Shown one piece after another: positions 1-8,739 of a DNA stretch of 63,973 nucleotides. Origin of the DNA: Candidatus Omnitrophota bacterium (GTDB lineage: Bacteria > Omnitrophota > Gorgyraeia > Zapsychrales > Zapsychraceae); contig JACROV010000012.1 in assembly GCA_016214285.1 (NCBI GenBank), positions 1 to 63,973 on the forward strand, written 5' to 3'. The notes below the pieces were generated by a model, which did no database searches, had not been told where the DNA came from, and saw only the letters and a program-made list of their open reading frames with translations. The first letter of the stretch is position 1; the number at the start of each line of letters is the position of its first letter. The translations under genes were made by a program, and so were the position numbers.

Positions 1-2
1 CA

Positions 3-122
3 TACAACCTCGTCCTCCTGATGTCGCGTGAAATGGACGCTCGAAGTTTTCGTCGGAAAGCCGAACGTCTGCGCCGACAACTGCCAGCGAATCAGATCAT
101 AAAGTTTAAGTTTGAAACATAA
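3..122 (+). CDS. 3' end of a gene running in from the window edge, possibly a DDE transposase
   Basis: Frame 3 reads YNLVLLMSREMDARSFRRKAERLRRQLPANQIIKFKFET-stop. A [A]YNL motif followed by a basic tail is typical of DDE transposase C-termini. Only 39 aa are visible. Confidence 0.3.
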   Translation, partial: YNLVLLMSREMDARSFRRKAERLRRQLPANQIIKFKFET

Positions 123-146
123 AATTTGCCGAACTCAAGTAAGATT

Positions 147-178
147 GTGTCCCTCTATTTCCAGTGTCCCTCTATTTC
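147..178. repeat. Tandem 15-bp repeat GTGTCCCTCTATTTC x2
   Basis: Units at 147-161 and 164-178. The same TGTCCCTCT core recurs at 63515-63546. Confidence 0.8.
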
Positions 179-422
179 GGATACAGGCCCAAAAAAATAC
201 CCAATGACTCTTTCTGGCTCATCCGGCGCAGAGATCTTTTTTTATATCGGGTTTCGGATTCTCTTACTTTATCCCATCGGCGATCATTCATAGCAGTAAC
301 CTGAATTCCAGTGGCACACGCCTGTCCTCAACGCAACGCATCACATCCGTCATCCGTCGTTCGTCATCCGAGAGGCATAAGCCTTCGGGATAATATTCAA
401 CTTATGGTTAATTTTTGACTTG

Positions 423-456
423 ATTATTCCCTGTGGCAGAGACCACAGGGAATAAT
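423..456. terminator. 14-bp perfect hairpin downstream of the wzc-like gene (terminator or REP-like)
   Basis: ATTATTCCCTGTGG-cagaga-CCACAGGGAATAAT, 8 nt past the stop codon at 465. Confidence 0.55.
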
Positions 457-464
457 AATCAAAT

Positions 465-2015
465 TTAAACTCGTTCGTAAACGAATTCAGGGATCGGGAA
501 GACGCGGTTGTTGAGGATCCCGCCCAGGATGTTGGCCTTGCGCTCTTTGAGGGTGTCGACGGCGGCTTTGGCCGCCTGCCGGCGCGCCCGGCCTTCGCTG
601 ATGATCAACGCCGTGGCCTCGGCGGCGCCCGCGAGCTCCACCGCGTCCTTGGACGCGGTGATACTGTCACCGTCGATAAGGATCAGCTCGTATTTCGCCC
701 TGGCCTCTTTGAGGACCTCGGCCATCTTGTGGGTCACCAGCAGGATGCCGGGGTTGAGCCCGGTATTCCCTGCCGGCAGGAGGAACAATCTGTCCCCTTC
801 ATTTTTGACCGTCTTTGAGAATTCGGCCTTGCCTTCCAGGACTTCGAAGAGCCCCGGCCCCGCAGGGGTTTTGTCTTTCTTCTTCCCTGACAATTGCCGG
901 GGGTTGGCGTCGATGATGAGGACCTTGTGCCCCAGATGGGCCGCGATGTATTTACCGATGTGGCGGGTCACGGTGGTGACCCCCTCGCCTGTCCCGGACG
1001 AGGTCATCAGCAGGGTTTGGAGCCTTTTGTCTTTCATCAGAAGATAGATCTGCTCGGAAACATTTTGATACCTGTCCGGACCGGCGTTTTTGAGAACCCC
1101 GCCCAGGAAGGGAATGCCCAGGCCGCGCTCCACGTCTTCGGGCGATTTGAAGGTCTGGTCGGTGTATTCAAAGACAAAGGCCAGCATGACGGCAAGAAAG
1201 ATGCTCATGACAACGGCTAAAGCCAAGGTGAGCGCCTTCGGCGCTCCGGCCGGTTCCATGGCCACGGATGCCTGCTCCATGATCTTGACGCTGGCCGGGC
1301 CAATGGCCTCAATATCATCGATCGGCTGGCCGGAAAGTGTTTTGTTAAGAGCGGCAATACTATCTGCGATGAGGTTGACGGTGGGATGTTTTTCTCCGTA
1401 TTTCAGCTTTAATTCCGCCAGTTGCTGTTCCAGGTCGAACATGACATAGGAACGGCTGACCACATTGGCAATAAGGGCCGCCCCGACGGGGTTATAATCT
1501 CTCACGCTGATCGTAAACATATTAGTGTCCCGGATCGGCTCGACCTTGATGTTTTCTTTTAAGGATTCAACCGCGCGGCGAAAAAGAAAGGCTTCCTTTT
1601 GTTCTTCGGGGAAGTTTTCTATCTCTCGATTAAAGGCCCTGACGTTATGATCGATCAGCATGGCCTTCAAGGGCGAACTGAATTGTTTTTCATCATCCAG
1701 GGGGCGCTTGTTCAGGGCCAGGGCGCGCACCACGCGGTTGATGACAGGATTGGATCTGACGATCTCGCTTTGGGTGAGGGTCTGCTGGACGTTTCTTCCT
1801 TCATACATCTCTTTATAATAGGTCGCTTCCACCTGTTTCTCGGCGGTAATCAGCATTTTAACCTGGGATTCATAGACCGGGGTCTTTAACTTCAAGCCGA
1901 TAAAAACGGTCGCGCACACCGTGATGACGGTTGTCACGATCACGAGTTTCTGCCGGAATAATACGCGCAGGTAGTCGCGCAGGGTTGTTTCGTTGACTTG
2001 CCCGTTATCGTTCAT
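465..2015 (-). CDS. wzc: Polysaccharide co-polymerase / BY-kinase-like protein (Wzz + GNVR + P-loop domain) with degenerate kinase motifs
   Basis: N-terminal TLRDYLRVLFRQK Wzz-type TM segment, second TM, PEDVERGLGIPFLG linker, P-loop region GTGEGVTT, C-terminal LGGILN; located in an EPS locus. Confidence 0.85.
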   Translation of the reverse strand: MNDNGQVNETTLRDYLRVLFRQKLVIVTTVITVCATVFIGLKLKTPVYESQVKMLITAEKQVEATYYKEMYEGRNVQQTLTQSEIVRSNPVINRVVRALALNKRPLDDEKQFSSPLKAMLIDHNVRAFNREIENFPEEQKEAFLFRRAVESLKENIKVEPIRDTNMFTISVRDYNPVGAALIANVVSRSYVMFDLEQQLAELKLKYGEKHPTVNLIADSIAALNKTLSGQPIDDIEAIGPASVKIMEQASVAMEPAGAPKALTLALAVVMSIFLAVMLAFVFEYTDQTFKSPEDVERGLGIPFLGGVLKNAGPDRYQNVSEQIYLLMKDKRLQTLLMTSSGTGEGVTTVTRHIGKYIAAHLGHKVLIIDANPRQLSGKKKDKTPAGPGLFEVLEGKAEFSKTVKNEGDRLFLLPAGNTGLNPGILLVTHKMAEVLKEARAKYELILIDGDSITASKDAVELAGAAEATALIISEGRARRQAAKAAVDTLKERKANILGGILNNRVFPIPEFVYERV

Positions 2016-2038
2016 GTTCGTCTCCTGTTAAAATTCGA

Positions 2039-2650
2039 TTAAAATACTCCCTCGGAAACAACCACCATATCCCCCGCCTTAAGGAGGATGTCGTTTTCGG
2101 AATCGCCGTCCATGACCTTCGTTATATCGATCTTGATGGTTTCATAACCGGCTTCATCCCGCTTCGGTCTTAAGACCTTCACGCGGGATGAGGAACCGAA
2201 TTTGGAAAACCCGCCGGCCATGGAAATGGCCCTCAAGACGGTTGTATTTTCCGCGATCGCGTAGGCGCCGGGTTTTATGACCTCCCCGTAGACAAAGAAT
2301 TTCCGGCTGCGGGATTCCTGCAAGGACACCACCACAACCGGGTATTTCATATACCCGTCGGCCAGCGCGGAGCGCACCTTTTCCTGGACCTGCGGGACGG
2401 TCATGTCCTTGACCTTAACGGTGCCGATATAGGGAAATGTGATCGTCCCGTCGGGCGCCACGTTGACAACGCGCAGAAGTGCATCCGGCTGCAGGACGCT
2501 GATTTCCAGAATATCGTCTACGCCGACGGTGTATGCCTTCTCTTGCGCGGCCTCTTCCTCCCGAAGGGAGCCTTTCGTCCGCGCCGTGCATGGGATAACC
2601 ACGACGGTTATCAGCGCTAATGCGGTTGCCAGGGAAAGAATGTATTTCAT
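2039..2650 (-). CDS. wza: Polysaccharide export protein (Poly_export + SLBB domains)
   Basis: YTVGVDDILEISV, PDGTITFPYIG, VYGEVIKPGAY and AISMAGGFS motifs; signal peptide. Confidence 0.9.
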   Translation of the reverse strand: MKYILSLATALALITVVVIPCTARTKGSLREEEAAQEKAYTVGVDDILEISVLQPDALLRVVNVAPDGTITFPYIGTVKVKDMTVPQVQEKVRSALADGYMKYPVVVVSLQESRSRKFFVYGEVIKPGAYAIAENTTVLRAISMAGGFSKFGSSSRVKVLRPKRDEAGYETIKIDITKVMDGDSENDILLKAGDMVVVSEGVF

Positions 2651-2676
2651 GTTTAACCTCCGGGTTACGTCTTGCG

Positions 2677-4083
2677 TTATTTCGCTCCGATCCCGAAAAG
2701 CACAACAGGGATCGTTTTTAAAAGGATCTTAAGATCGAGCCATAGCGACCAGTTGTCAATGTATTCCAGGTCCAGTTTCGCCCACTGGGCAAAATCCGTT
2801 ATCTTGTTTCTGCCGTTGACCTGCCAAAGGCACGTGATGCCGGGGCGCATGCTCAATCGTCTCCTGTGCCAGTCATCATACTGCGCGACCTCGTCGATGA
2901 GCGGCGGCCTGGGGCCGACTAAACTCATATCTCCTTTGAAGACATTCCAGAGCTGGGGCAACTCGTCAATGCTGAGCTTTCGCAAAAACTTCCCTATCCT
3001 TGTTATCCGCGGGTCGTTTTTGACTTTGAAGGCGGGCCCTTTCATTTCATTCAGGGCTTGCAGCTCTTCAAGCCTGGATTCGGCATCCGCCGCCATCGTC
3101 CGGAATTTGCAGAGCTTGAACGTTCGTCCGTTTAAACTGCCCCTTTCCTGAATAAAAAATGCCGGGCCTCGGGAAGTTGTTTTTATGAGCAGCGCGACGA
3201 CCGCCAACGCCGGCGCCAGCAGGACAAGGGCGATGCCTGATAAAACAATATCAAAGAGCCGCTTGATTAACAGCGGCAATAACCGCTCCGGCGTGCTTTC
3301 AAAGGTCAAAAGAGGAACACCGCAAAATTCTGTCTGCCTGGCGCTGGTCAGCCTGTGGCTGAAATGGTCCAGCGCGATATCGATTTTAACGCCGACCGTT
3401 TCAAGGTACCGGACGGGATCCTCGATTTTATCGAACAAGGTGTAGGGGACGGCAAATAACACCGAGTCCAGGGCATTTTGGCGCTGGATCGCGGGGATAT
3501 CCCCGAACGTACCGATGATCTCATGCCCGGCAACATTATCGCCAACGCTGTTTTTGTCCGCGGCAATAAGCCCGATGATCTTCAGGCCGAATTCTTTGTT
3601 GTTGTCGATCCATTGGATAAAATGCCGGGCCCTTTCACCCGTTCCGACGATCAATATGTTTTTGTAATTAAACCCTTTTTTGCGCAAACCCCGGAAAAAT
3701 TGGACAAGGACCATTTTTTCCGTCAAAAGGAAAAGCGCGGCGTAGACAAAGGCGAACAGGACAAACAAACGGCTGATATGCGCGATCCGCAACGCGTAAC
3801 ACAGGCCGGCAAACGTAAAGAAACTGAACCAGGCCGCCTGATAGATGATAAGAGACACTTCCGACATCTTCTTTAACCTGAAGGAGGCGTACATCCCGGA
3901 GAAATACAGGGAAAATCCCCAGAGAGCAACGAACAAAATGAGGAACCACGACAATTGGCCTATCGGAGAAAGGACCTCATCTCTATTGCGCACATAATAG
4001 GCCAGGAAAAAAGCTCCGCCCACCAGACATAGGTCGGAGAAGATCATCAATCTTCTGAAAATTGTCGCGCTTTCTTTTAACAT
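2677..4083 (-). CDS. Undecaprenyl-phosphate sugar-1-phosphate transferase (WcaJ/WbaP family)
   Basis: Four N-terminal TMs, a Rossmann-like domain, and the Bac_transf motifs KRLFDI, KFRTM, DPRITRIG, DELPQLWNVFKGDMSLVGPRP and RPGIT. Confidence 0.95.
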   Translation of the reverse strand: MLKESATIFRRLMIFSDLCLVGGAFFLAYYVRNRDEVLSPIGQLSWFLILFVALWGFSLYFSGMYASFRLKKMSEVSLIIYQAAWFSFFTFAGLCYALRIAHISRLFVLFAFVYAALFLLTEKMVLVQFFRGLRKKGFNYKNILIVGTGERARHFIQWIDNNKEFGLKIIGLIAADKNSVGDNVAGHEIIGTFGDIPAIQRQNALDSVLFAVPYTLFDKIEDPVRYLETVGVKIDIALDHFSHRLTSARQTEFCGVPLLTFESTPERLLPLLIKRLFDIVLSGIALVLLAPALAVVALLIKTTSRGPAFFIQERGSLNGRTFKLCKFRTMAADAESRLEELQALNEMKGPAFKVKNDPRITRIGKFLRKLSIDELPQLWNVFKGDMSLVGPRPPLIDEVAQYDDWHRRRLSMRPGITCLWQVNGRNKITDFAQWAKLDLEYIDNWSLWLDLKILLKTIPVVLFGIGAK

Positions 4084-4098
4084 GAGTGTTATCCGTCT

Positions 4099-5319
4099 TT
4101 AAAAAACAACCCTTACCCCCACTTCCACCCAATTCCGGTCATAGCCGCGGGTGTCTATGTTTGAATTTACTTCAGAATATGTATACGCGAGAAACGTTTG
4201 CGCGTTCCTGGTCACCTCATAACTTAATCGCGTGCTTGCCCCTGTTTGCCTGTCGGTAATACCCTGCGCCGCGAAATCCCCCTCTCCAAAAAATACCGAC
4301 GCGGTCATTTTCAGCCGTTCCAGTAATTGCCGGCCCAAACTTAGCGCCACCCGCCATGAATCAAAAATATCAGCCGTAAATGAGCTCGGTGTGCTTGTTT
4401 TGCTATAGGACAAGCTGGCCGAATCTGTTTCATTAAAATCATCGGTCAGGGCAACAGCCGCGCTCGGCTTGGACGCGCTGCTTCCGTCAAAGGCCTCCAC
4501 AAAAGAAACCCCGGCGCGGGTGTCGATATAAAGCTGCGTTGTCAGAGAATGCCTGAAACCCGTTGCCAATGTATGGACGGCTGCCGTACCGCTCTCATCA
4601 ATATGGCGTGTGGTAAAATCATATCCCAGAAGGAAGGCCGTGGCTGAACTTTCTATATAATTCACATCAAAACCAGCGCGGTTCAATAACGAATCCCTTA
4701 TATCCTCTCGCGATGTGCTATAGTTTTCATTGCCGTAATGTCCTTGAATGGAAACGTGCTTGCTCAGATCCCTTGTGTATTCAGCATTGAATGTGTTTCT
4801 GTAGTAGCTGTAACGGCCGGTGGTCCTGCCGAAATCATCTTCAAAGCTGCGCGGCTCTTCGGAATGCACAAATTTGTTTGTGGCAGAAAAGCGGTCATAC
4901 CTGGAAAGTTCTTTTTGGAAATCAATGTTGAGGTCCTGGGAGTTGTTATTGAACGAAGGATTGTCAGCAAATAAATGCCGTGTCAAATTCCCTTCCAGCG
5001 CGAGGGTGTGCGTTTTGCCCTCCTGTTTGGCCCCTAACCCGATCAGCAAATTGGTGACATTGTCGGATTTTTTATCTTCTTTGACAAAGGTCACGTTATC
5101 ATCATAGGCAGTGGAGACAGAACCTTTGACGTCAAGATCAAGCCCGGACGAAGCTGATGCTTTTGGCGGAAAAGCAAGGAACAAACAGCAAAAAGAAAGA
5201 CACGAGTTTAATAAATATATTTTTAGGGTTATGCCTTTGATGAACAGTGCAACAGGATTTCGTGCCCATCGTATGCTGGAAGTGGTAGTCAAGGGCATAA
5301 CCCTATATATTTTTTTCAT
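4099..5319 (-). CDS. EPS-associated outer-membrane beta-barrel protein, with a 30-aa MITE-derived insertion in its signal peptide
   Basis: Probable start MKKIY at 5319, 17 nt after the upstream stop (the ORF-track start at 5628 overlaps the cupin gene). Amphipathic beta strands, YDDNV motif, C-terminal VRVVF. Confidence 0.8.
   Translation of the reverse strand: MKKIYRVMPLTTTSSIRWARNPVALFIKGITLKIYLLNSCLSFCCLFLAFPPKASASSGLDLDVKGSVSTAYDDNVTFVKEDKKSDNVTNLLIGLGAKQEGKTHTLALEGNLTRHLFADNPSFNNNSQDLNIDFQKELSRYDRFSATNKFVHSEEPRSFEDDFGRTTGRYSYYRNTFNAEYTRDLSKHVSIQGHYGNENYSTSREDIRDSLLNRAGFDVNYIESSATAFLLGYDFTTRHIDESGTAAVHTLATGFRHSLTTQLYIDTRAGVSFVEAFDGSSASKPSAAVALTDDFNETDSASLSYSKTSTPSSFTADIFDSWRVALSLGRQLLERLKMTASVFFGEGDFAAQGITDRQTGASTRLSYEVTRNAQTFLAYTYSEVNSNIDTRGYDRNWVEVGVRVVF
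5224..5305. mobile_element. MITE-A copy 1: 82 bp, 17-bp imperfect TIR, 8-bp TSD TATATTTT
   Basis: TAGGGTTATGCCTTTGA...TCAAGGGCATAACCCTA. Flanks 5216-5223 and 5306-5313 are identical. Identical to copy 2 at 8842-8923. Confidence 0.95.
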
Positions 5320-5336
5320 CTTCTTGCCGGGGGAAG

Positions 5337-5783
5337 CTAGATTATCCGCCTTCGCGGTCTTGAGGCCGGACGGCCGGACGAGGAGGTCCCGCCACGAGGG
5401 ACAGGCGAGGCGGCGCGGGCGTAGTCGTCTTCCAGCCTGACGATATCTTTTTCGGAAAGTTTCCCTCCGTTGGCGGCGACGGCCACTTCGATAAAGACCA
5501 GCTTCTTTTTCCCGGTATTCGCGATGCGGTGGATGGCGCCGACCGGAACACTTAAAACAGATCCGGCACCGACGATCTTTTTCCGTCCGTTGAGCATCAC
5601 GTAACCGTGCCCGCGGACGATATTCCATTTTTCCGAGCGGCAGGCATGTTTCTGCAGGCTAAGGCGGGCTCCCGGCTTTACCTCCACCCTTTTTACCCAG
5701 AGACCGTTTTCCTGGAATAATTTGACGTAATTGCCCCAGGGGCGGACGGTCATCGGATCGGAGCGTGTCGTTTTCATGGTCAT
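5337..5783 (-). CDS. Stand-alone type II mannose-6-phosphate isomerase cupin domain
   Basis: RPWG, VKPGARLSLQKH, RSEKW, HRIAN and DIVRLEDDY motifs; about 25 aa of atypical C-terminal extension. Confidence 0.9.
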   Translation of the reverse strand: MTMKTTRSDPMTVRPWGNYVKLFQENGLWVKRVEVKPGARLSLQKHACRSEKWNIVRGHGYVMLNGRKKIVGAGSVLSVPVGAIHRIANTGKKKLVFIEVAVAANGGKLSEKDIVRLEDDYARAASPVPRGGTSSSGRPASRPRRRII

Positions 5784-6175
5784 AAGTGCCTCAGGATAGC
5801 GTTTAAGACGATGTGGGATTTGGTCTCATCGCCCAGGACGCCCACACGGATCTTTAGTTGAGCGGAACGCTCTGTTAACGCTTTGATATTAACAGAACCC
5901 TTTTGTCCATCGTCAAATTCAAAGTCAATTTTGGCCAGATGTTTGCGGATCTGGTCATTGCGCACCGTGCATTTGATATCCCGAAGTCCGGCCAGACTCG
6001 CCCGGTGGAGTTGGTCCACCGTTTTATCAAAATTTTGTTCCAGACTGCCTTTGGCCCAGGCCACTCCGCCGGCCCCGGCCGCGGCGCCGATCAAAAGCGG
6101 AACACAGCCCGCTGTGGTCATCAAAAAGAAAATCAAACTAAGCCCTGGCAGCAGGTTTCCAAAAAATTTGCGCAT
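5780..6175 (-). CDS. Lipoprotein, DUF3568-like
   Basis: Lipobox TTAGC followed by GAAAGAGGVAW; ends LKIRVGVLGDETKS..IL. Confidence 0.75.
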   Translation of the reverse strand: MRKFFGNLLPGLSLIFFLMTTAGCVPLLIGAAAGAGGVAWAKGSLEQNFDKTVDQLHRASLAGLRDIKCTVRNDQIRKHLAKIDFEFDDGQKGSVNIKALTERSAQLKIRVGVLGDETKSHIVLNAILRHL

Positions 6176-6268
6176 TGGATATCCTTTCCTTTCTAGCTAC
6201 CTCTACAGGCTCCCGCCTGTAGTATCCCTATTCCCCATCCAGAATTCCCCATGCGGAAGCATGGGGTT

Positions 6269-7555
6269 TTAAGCGTTCTTTGCGAAAAAATCCTTTAGTG
6301 CCTGTGCCAACGCCTCCAGATCCTTTTTCGTGTGCATACTGGAAACAAAAAATGCTTCCAGATCTGCCGGCGGCCAGTAAATGCCGGCGTTCAAAAGATG
6401 CTGGAATAACCGGGCGTAACGTTCTCCTCCGGAGGCGGCTTGCGCGTCAGCGTAGTTAATGACCGGTTCGTTTCGAAAGCGGATACTCATCATCGACCGG
6501 TAATGGGCGATGTGCGCCGGGATATCATGGGTTTGAAAATAGCCGTTGATGTCCTCGGCGAAGGCCGCGCAGCGGTCATTGAGCCGCTTGTAAAATGCCT
6601 CGTTCAGCAGCCGCAACCCGGTCAATCCCGCGCGCATCACGACCGGATTGCCGGAAAATGTCCCCGCCTGGTAAACGCCGCCCAAGGGAGCCAGGTTTTG
6701 CATGATGTCCTTGTGTCCACCGTAGGCGCCAACGGGAAACCCGGCGCCGATGATCTTGCCCAAACATGTCAGATCCGGCGTAACGCCATAGTCCGCTTGC
6801 GCGCAACCGGTGCTGGTACGAAATCCTGTCATCACTTCATCAAAGATCAGAATAATGCCGTATTGCTTGGTCAATTCCCTGAGCCGCCGCAGGAATTCCG
6901 GCTTGGCCGGGATAACGCCCATGTTCCCGGCAACGGGTTCAATGATCACACAGGCAATGGCATTTTTATGTTTCGCTAAAGTTTGTTCCAGAACAACAAC
7001 GTCATTATAAGGTAAACTGATGGTATTGTCGATGTGGTTTCGCGGAATTCCAAGACTTGAAGATTTTTTAAGTTGGGCCACACCGGATCCGGCCGCGGTC
7101 AGCAGGTCGTCGAAGTGGCCGTGGTAACAGCCGTCGAATTTGACGATCGTGTCCCGGCCGGTAAATCCCCGGGCCAAGCGGATGGCGCTCATCGTCGCCT
7201 CGGTACCGGAGTTGACGAAACGGATCAGCTCGATGGACGGCACTTGCGCCGTAATGTGCCTGGCAATTTCAATTTCTTCACGGGTCGTGGTACCGAAACT
7301 GGCCCCTTTTTCCAGCGTCCGTTTGGCGCTTAAGACGACATTGGGGTGCGCGTGCCCGAGGATGAGTGCCCCCCAGGACAAGCAGTAATCCGTCCAGGCG
7401 TTATTATCGTAATCATAGAGCTTGGATCCGCGGCCGTATTTCATCACTATCGGCTGGCCGCGCACGCTTTTAAAGGAACGCACGGGGCTGTTGACGCCGC
7501 CGACCAGGACTTGCTGGGCTTGCTGGAAGTATTCTTGGGAATGTTGGGTACGCAT
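6269..7555 (-). CDS. hemL: Glutamate-1-semialdehyde 2,1-aminomutase
   Basis: GGVNSPVRSF, NSGTEATMSAIRLARG, CYHGH, FDEVMTGFR, GKIIGAG (PLP Lys) and YQAGTFSGNP. Confidence 0.97.
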   Translation of the reverse strand: MRTQHSQEYFQQAQQVLVGGVNSPVRSFKSVRGQPIVMKYGRGSKLYDYDNNAWTDYCLSWGALILGHAHPNVVLSAKRTLEKGASFGTTTREEIEIARHITAQVPSIELIRFVNSGTEATMSAIRLARGFTGRDTIVKFDGCYHGHFDDLLTAAGSGVAQLKKSSSLGIPRNHIDNTISLPYNDVVVLEQTLAKHKNAIACVIIEPVAGNMGVIPAKPEFLRRLRELTKQYGIILIFDEVMTGFRTSTGCAQADYGVTPDLTCLGKIIGAGFPVGAYGGHKDIMQNLAPLGGVYQAGTFSGNPVVMRAGLTGLRLLNEAFYKRLNDRCAAFAEDINGYFQTHDIPAHIAHYRSMMSIRFRNEPVINYADAQAASGGERYARLFQHLLNAGIYWPPADLEAFFVSSMHTKKDLEALAQALKDFFAKNA

Positions 7556-7579
7556 ATCTAAATTTCTACGGACTGAATG

Positions 7580-7697
7580 TCAAATGCCCAATTTCAAATG
7601 ACAAATGAATTACCAATGCCAAATGACAAACTCACTGGAACACTTTGGCCATTCTTAATTTGGCATTAATTTGACATTGGTCATTTGGAATTTGTCA
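7580..7697. repeat. Heptamer-periodic inverted repeat H1 (TGACAAA / TTTGTCA type)
   Basis: Left arm tgtcaaa tgcccaa tttcaaa tgacaaa; right arm tttgaca ttggtca tttggaa tttgtca; between hemB and hemL. Confidence 0.8.
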
Positions 7698-8690
7698 TTA
7701 ACCTAGCCATTTCAATGCCTCTTGTGCATGATAGGTAATAATAATATCCGCCCCGGCCCGTTTGATGGACGTGAGGGTCTCCAGGACAACCTCTTTTTCA
7801 TCGATCCAGTTTTTGGCGGCTGCCGCCTTGACCATTGAATATTCGCCGCTCACGTTGTAAGCGGCAACGGGTACGGTCAATTCCCGGCGCAAGAGCGCGA
7901 CGATGTCTAAATATGCCAATGCCGGTTTGACCATCACGATATCGGCGCCTTCACAAACATCTTGCCGCGCTTCTTTAAGGGCTTCACGCCCATTGGCAGG
8001 GTCCATCTGGTACGTCGCGCGGTCGCCGAACTTTGGAGGTGATCCGGACGCTTCCCTGAATGGTCCATAATAGGCGGAAGCGTATTTGACCGCGTAGGAC
8101 AAAATGCCGACGTTGGATAAATTATTTTTGTCCAGGTTTTCCCGGATCGCCTGGACGCGGCCGTCCATCATATCTGACGGAGCGACGAAGTCAGCGCCGG
8201 CTTGCGCGTGCGCCAGTGCCATCTTGGCCAGCAGCGGAAGCGATTTGTCATTGTCGATGACGCCGCCTGTGACGACTCCGCAATGTCCGTGGCTCATGTA
8301 GGCGCACAGACATACGTCGGTTATTACCAGAAATTCCGGGAATTCTTTTTTAATTTTACGGATGACGGCAGGGATAACCGCGTCGGCGGCGTACGCCCGG
8401 CTGGCGCGGGTATCTTTGGCGGCCGGGATACCGAACAAAAGACACGCCTGGCCGCCGGCTTTACGGTAAACTTCAACGGCCTTGACCAGAAGGTCCGGCG
8501 AATACCGGAAGACCCCCGGCATCGAGACGATGGGTTCCTTCTTGTTGGTCCCTTCGACGACAAAAAAAGGCTGGATGAGATCGTCGGGCGTCAGCGTTGT
8601 CTCCCGGACGAGATTACGCAGCGTTGGCGACGCCCGCAGCCGGCGGTACCTGTTTCGTCTCTTATCTCTCATCTTGGTTTTCCCAACCAC
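7698..8690 (-). CDS. hemB: Porphobilinogen synthase (Zn-dependent); true start may be 8672
   Basis: DVCLCAYMSHGHCG, APSDMMDGRV, YGPFREA, YQMDP, MVKPALAYLD and AYNVSGEYSM. Confidence 0.97.
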   Translation of the reverse strand: MVGKTKMRDKRRNRYRRLRASPTLRNLVRETTLTPDDLIQPFFVVEGTNKKEPIVSMPGVFRYSPDLLVKAVEVYRKAGGQACLLFGIPAAKDTRASRAYAADAVIPAVIRKIKKEFPEFLVITDVCLCAYMSHGHCGVVTGGVIDNDKSLPLLAKMALAHAQAGADFVAPSDMMDGRVQAIRENLDKNNLSNVGILSYAVKYASAYYGPFREASGSPPKFGDRATYQMDPANGREALKEARQDVCEGADIVMVKPALAYLDIVALLRRELTVPVAAYNVSGEYSMVKAAAAKNWIDEKEVVLETLTSIKRAGADIIITYHAQEALKWLG

Positions 8691-8739
8691 AATTCTACCA
8701 CCCTACCGCGAAAAGGCAATTGTTGCCGCACGCGGCAAT

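Noticed and set aside
5320-5628. Long N-terminal extension of the beta-barrel ORF (509 aa)
   Set aside because: It overlaps the cupin gene in another frame; a signal peptide starts at MKKIY (5319).
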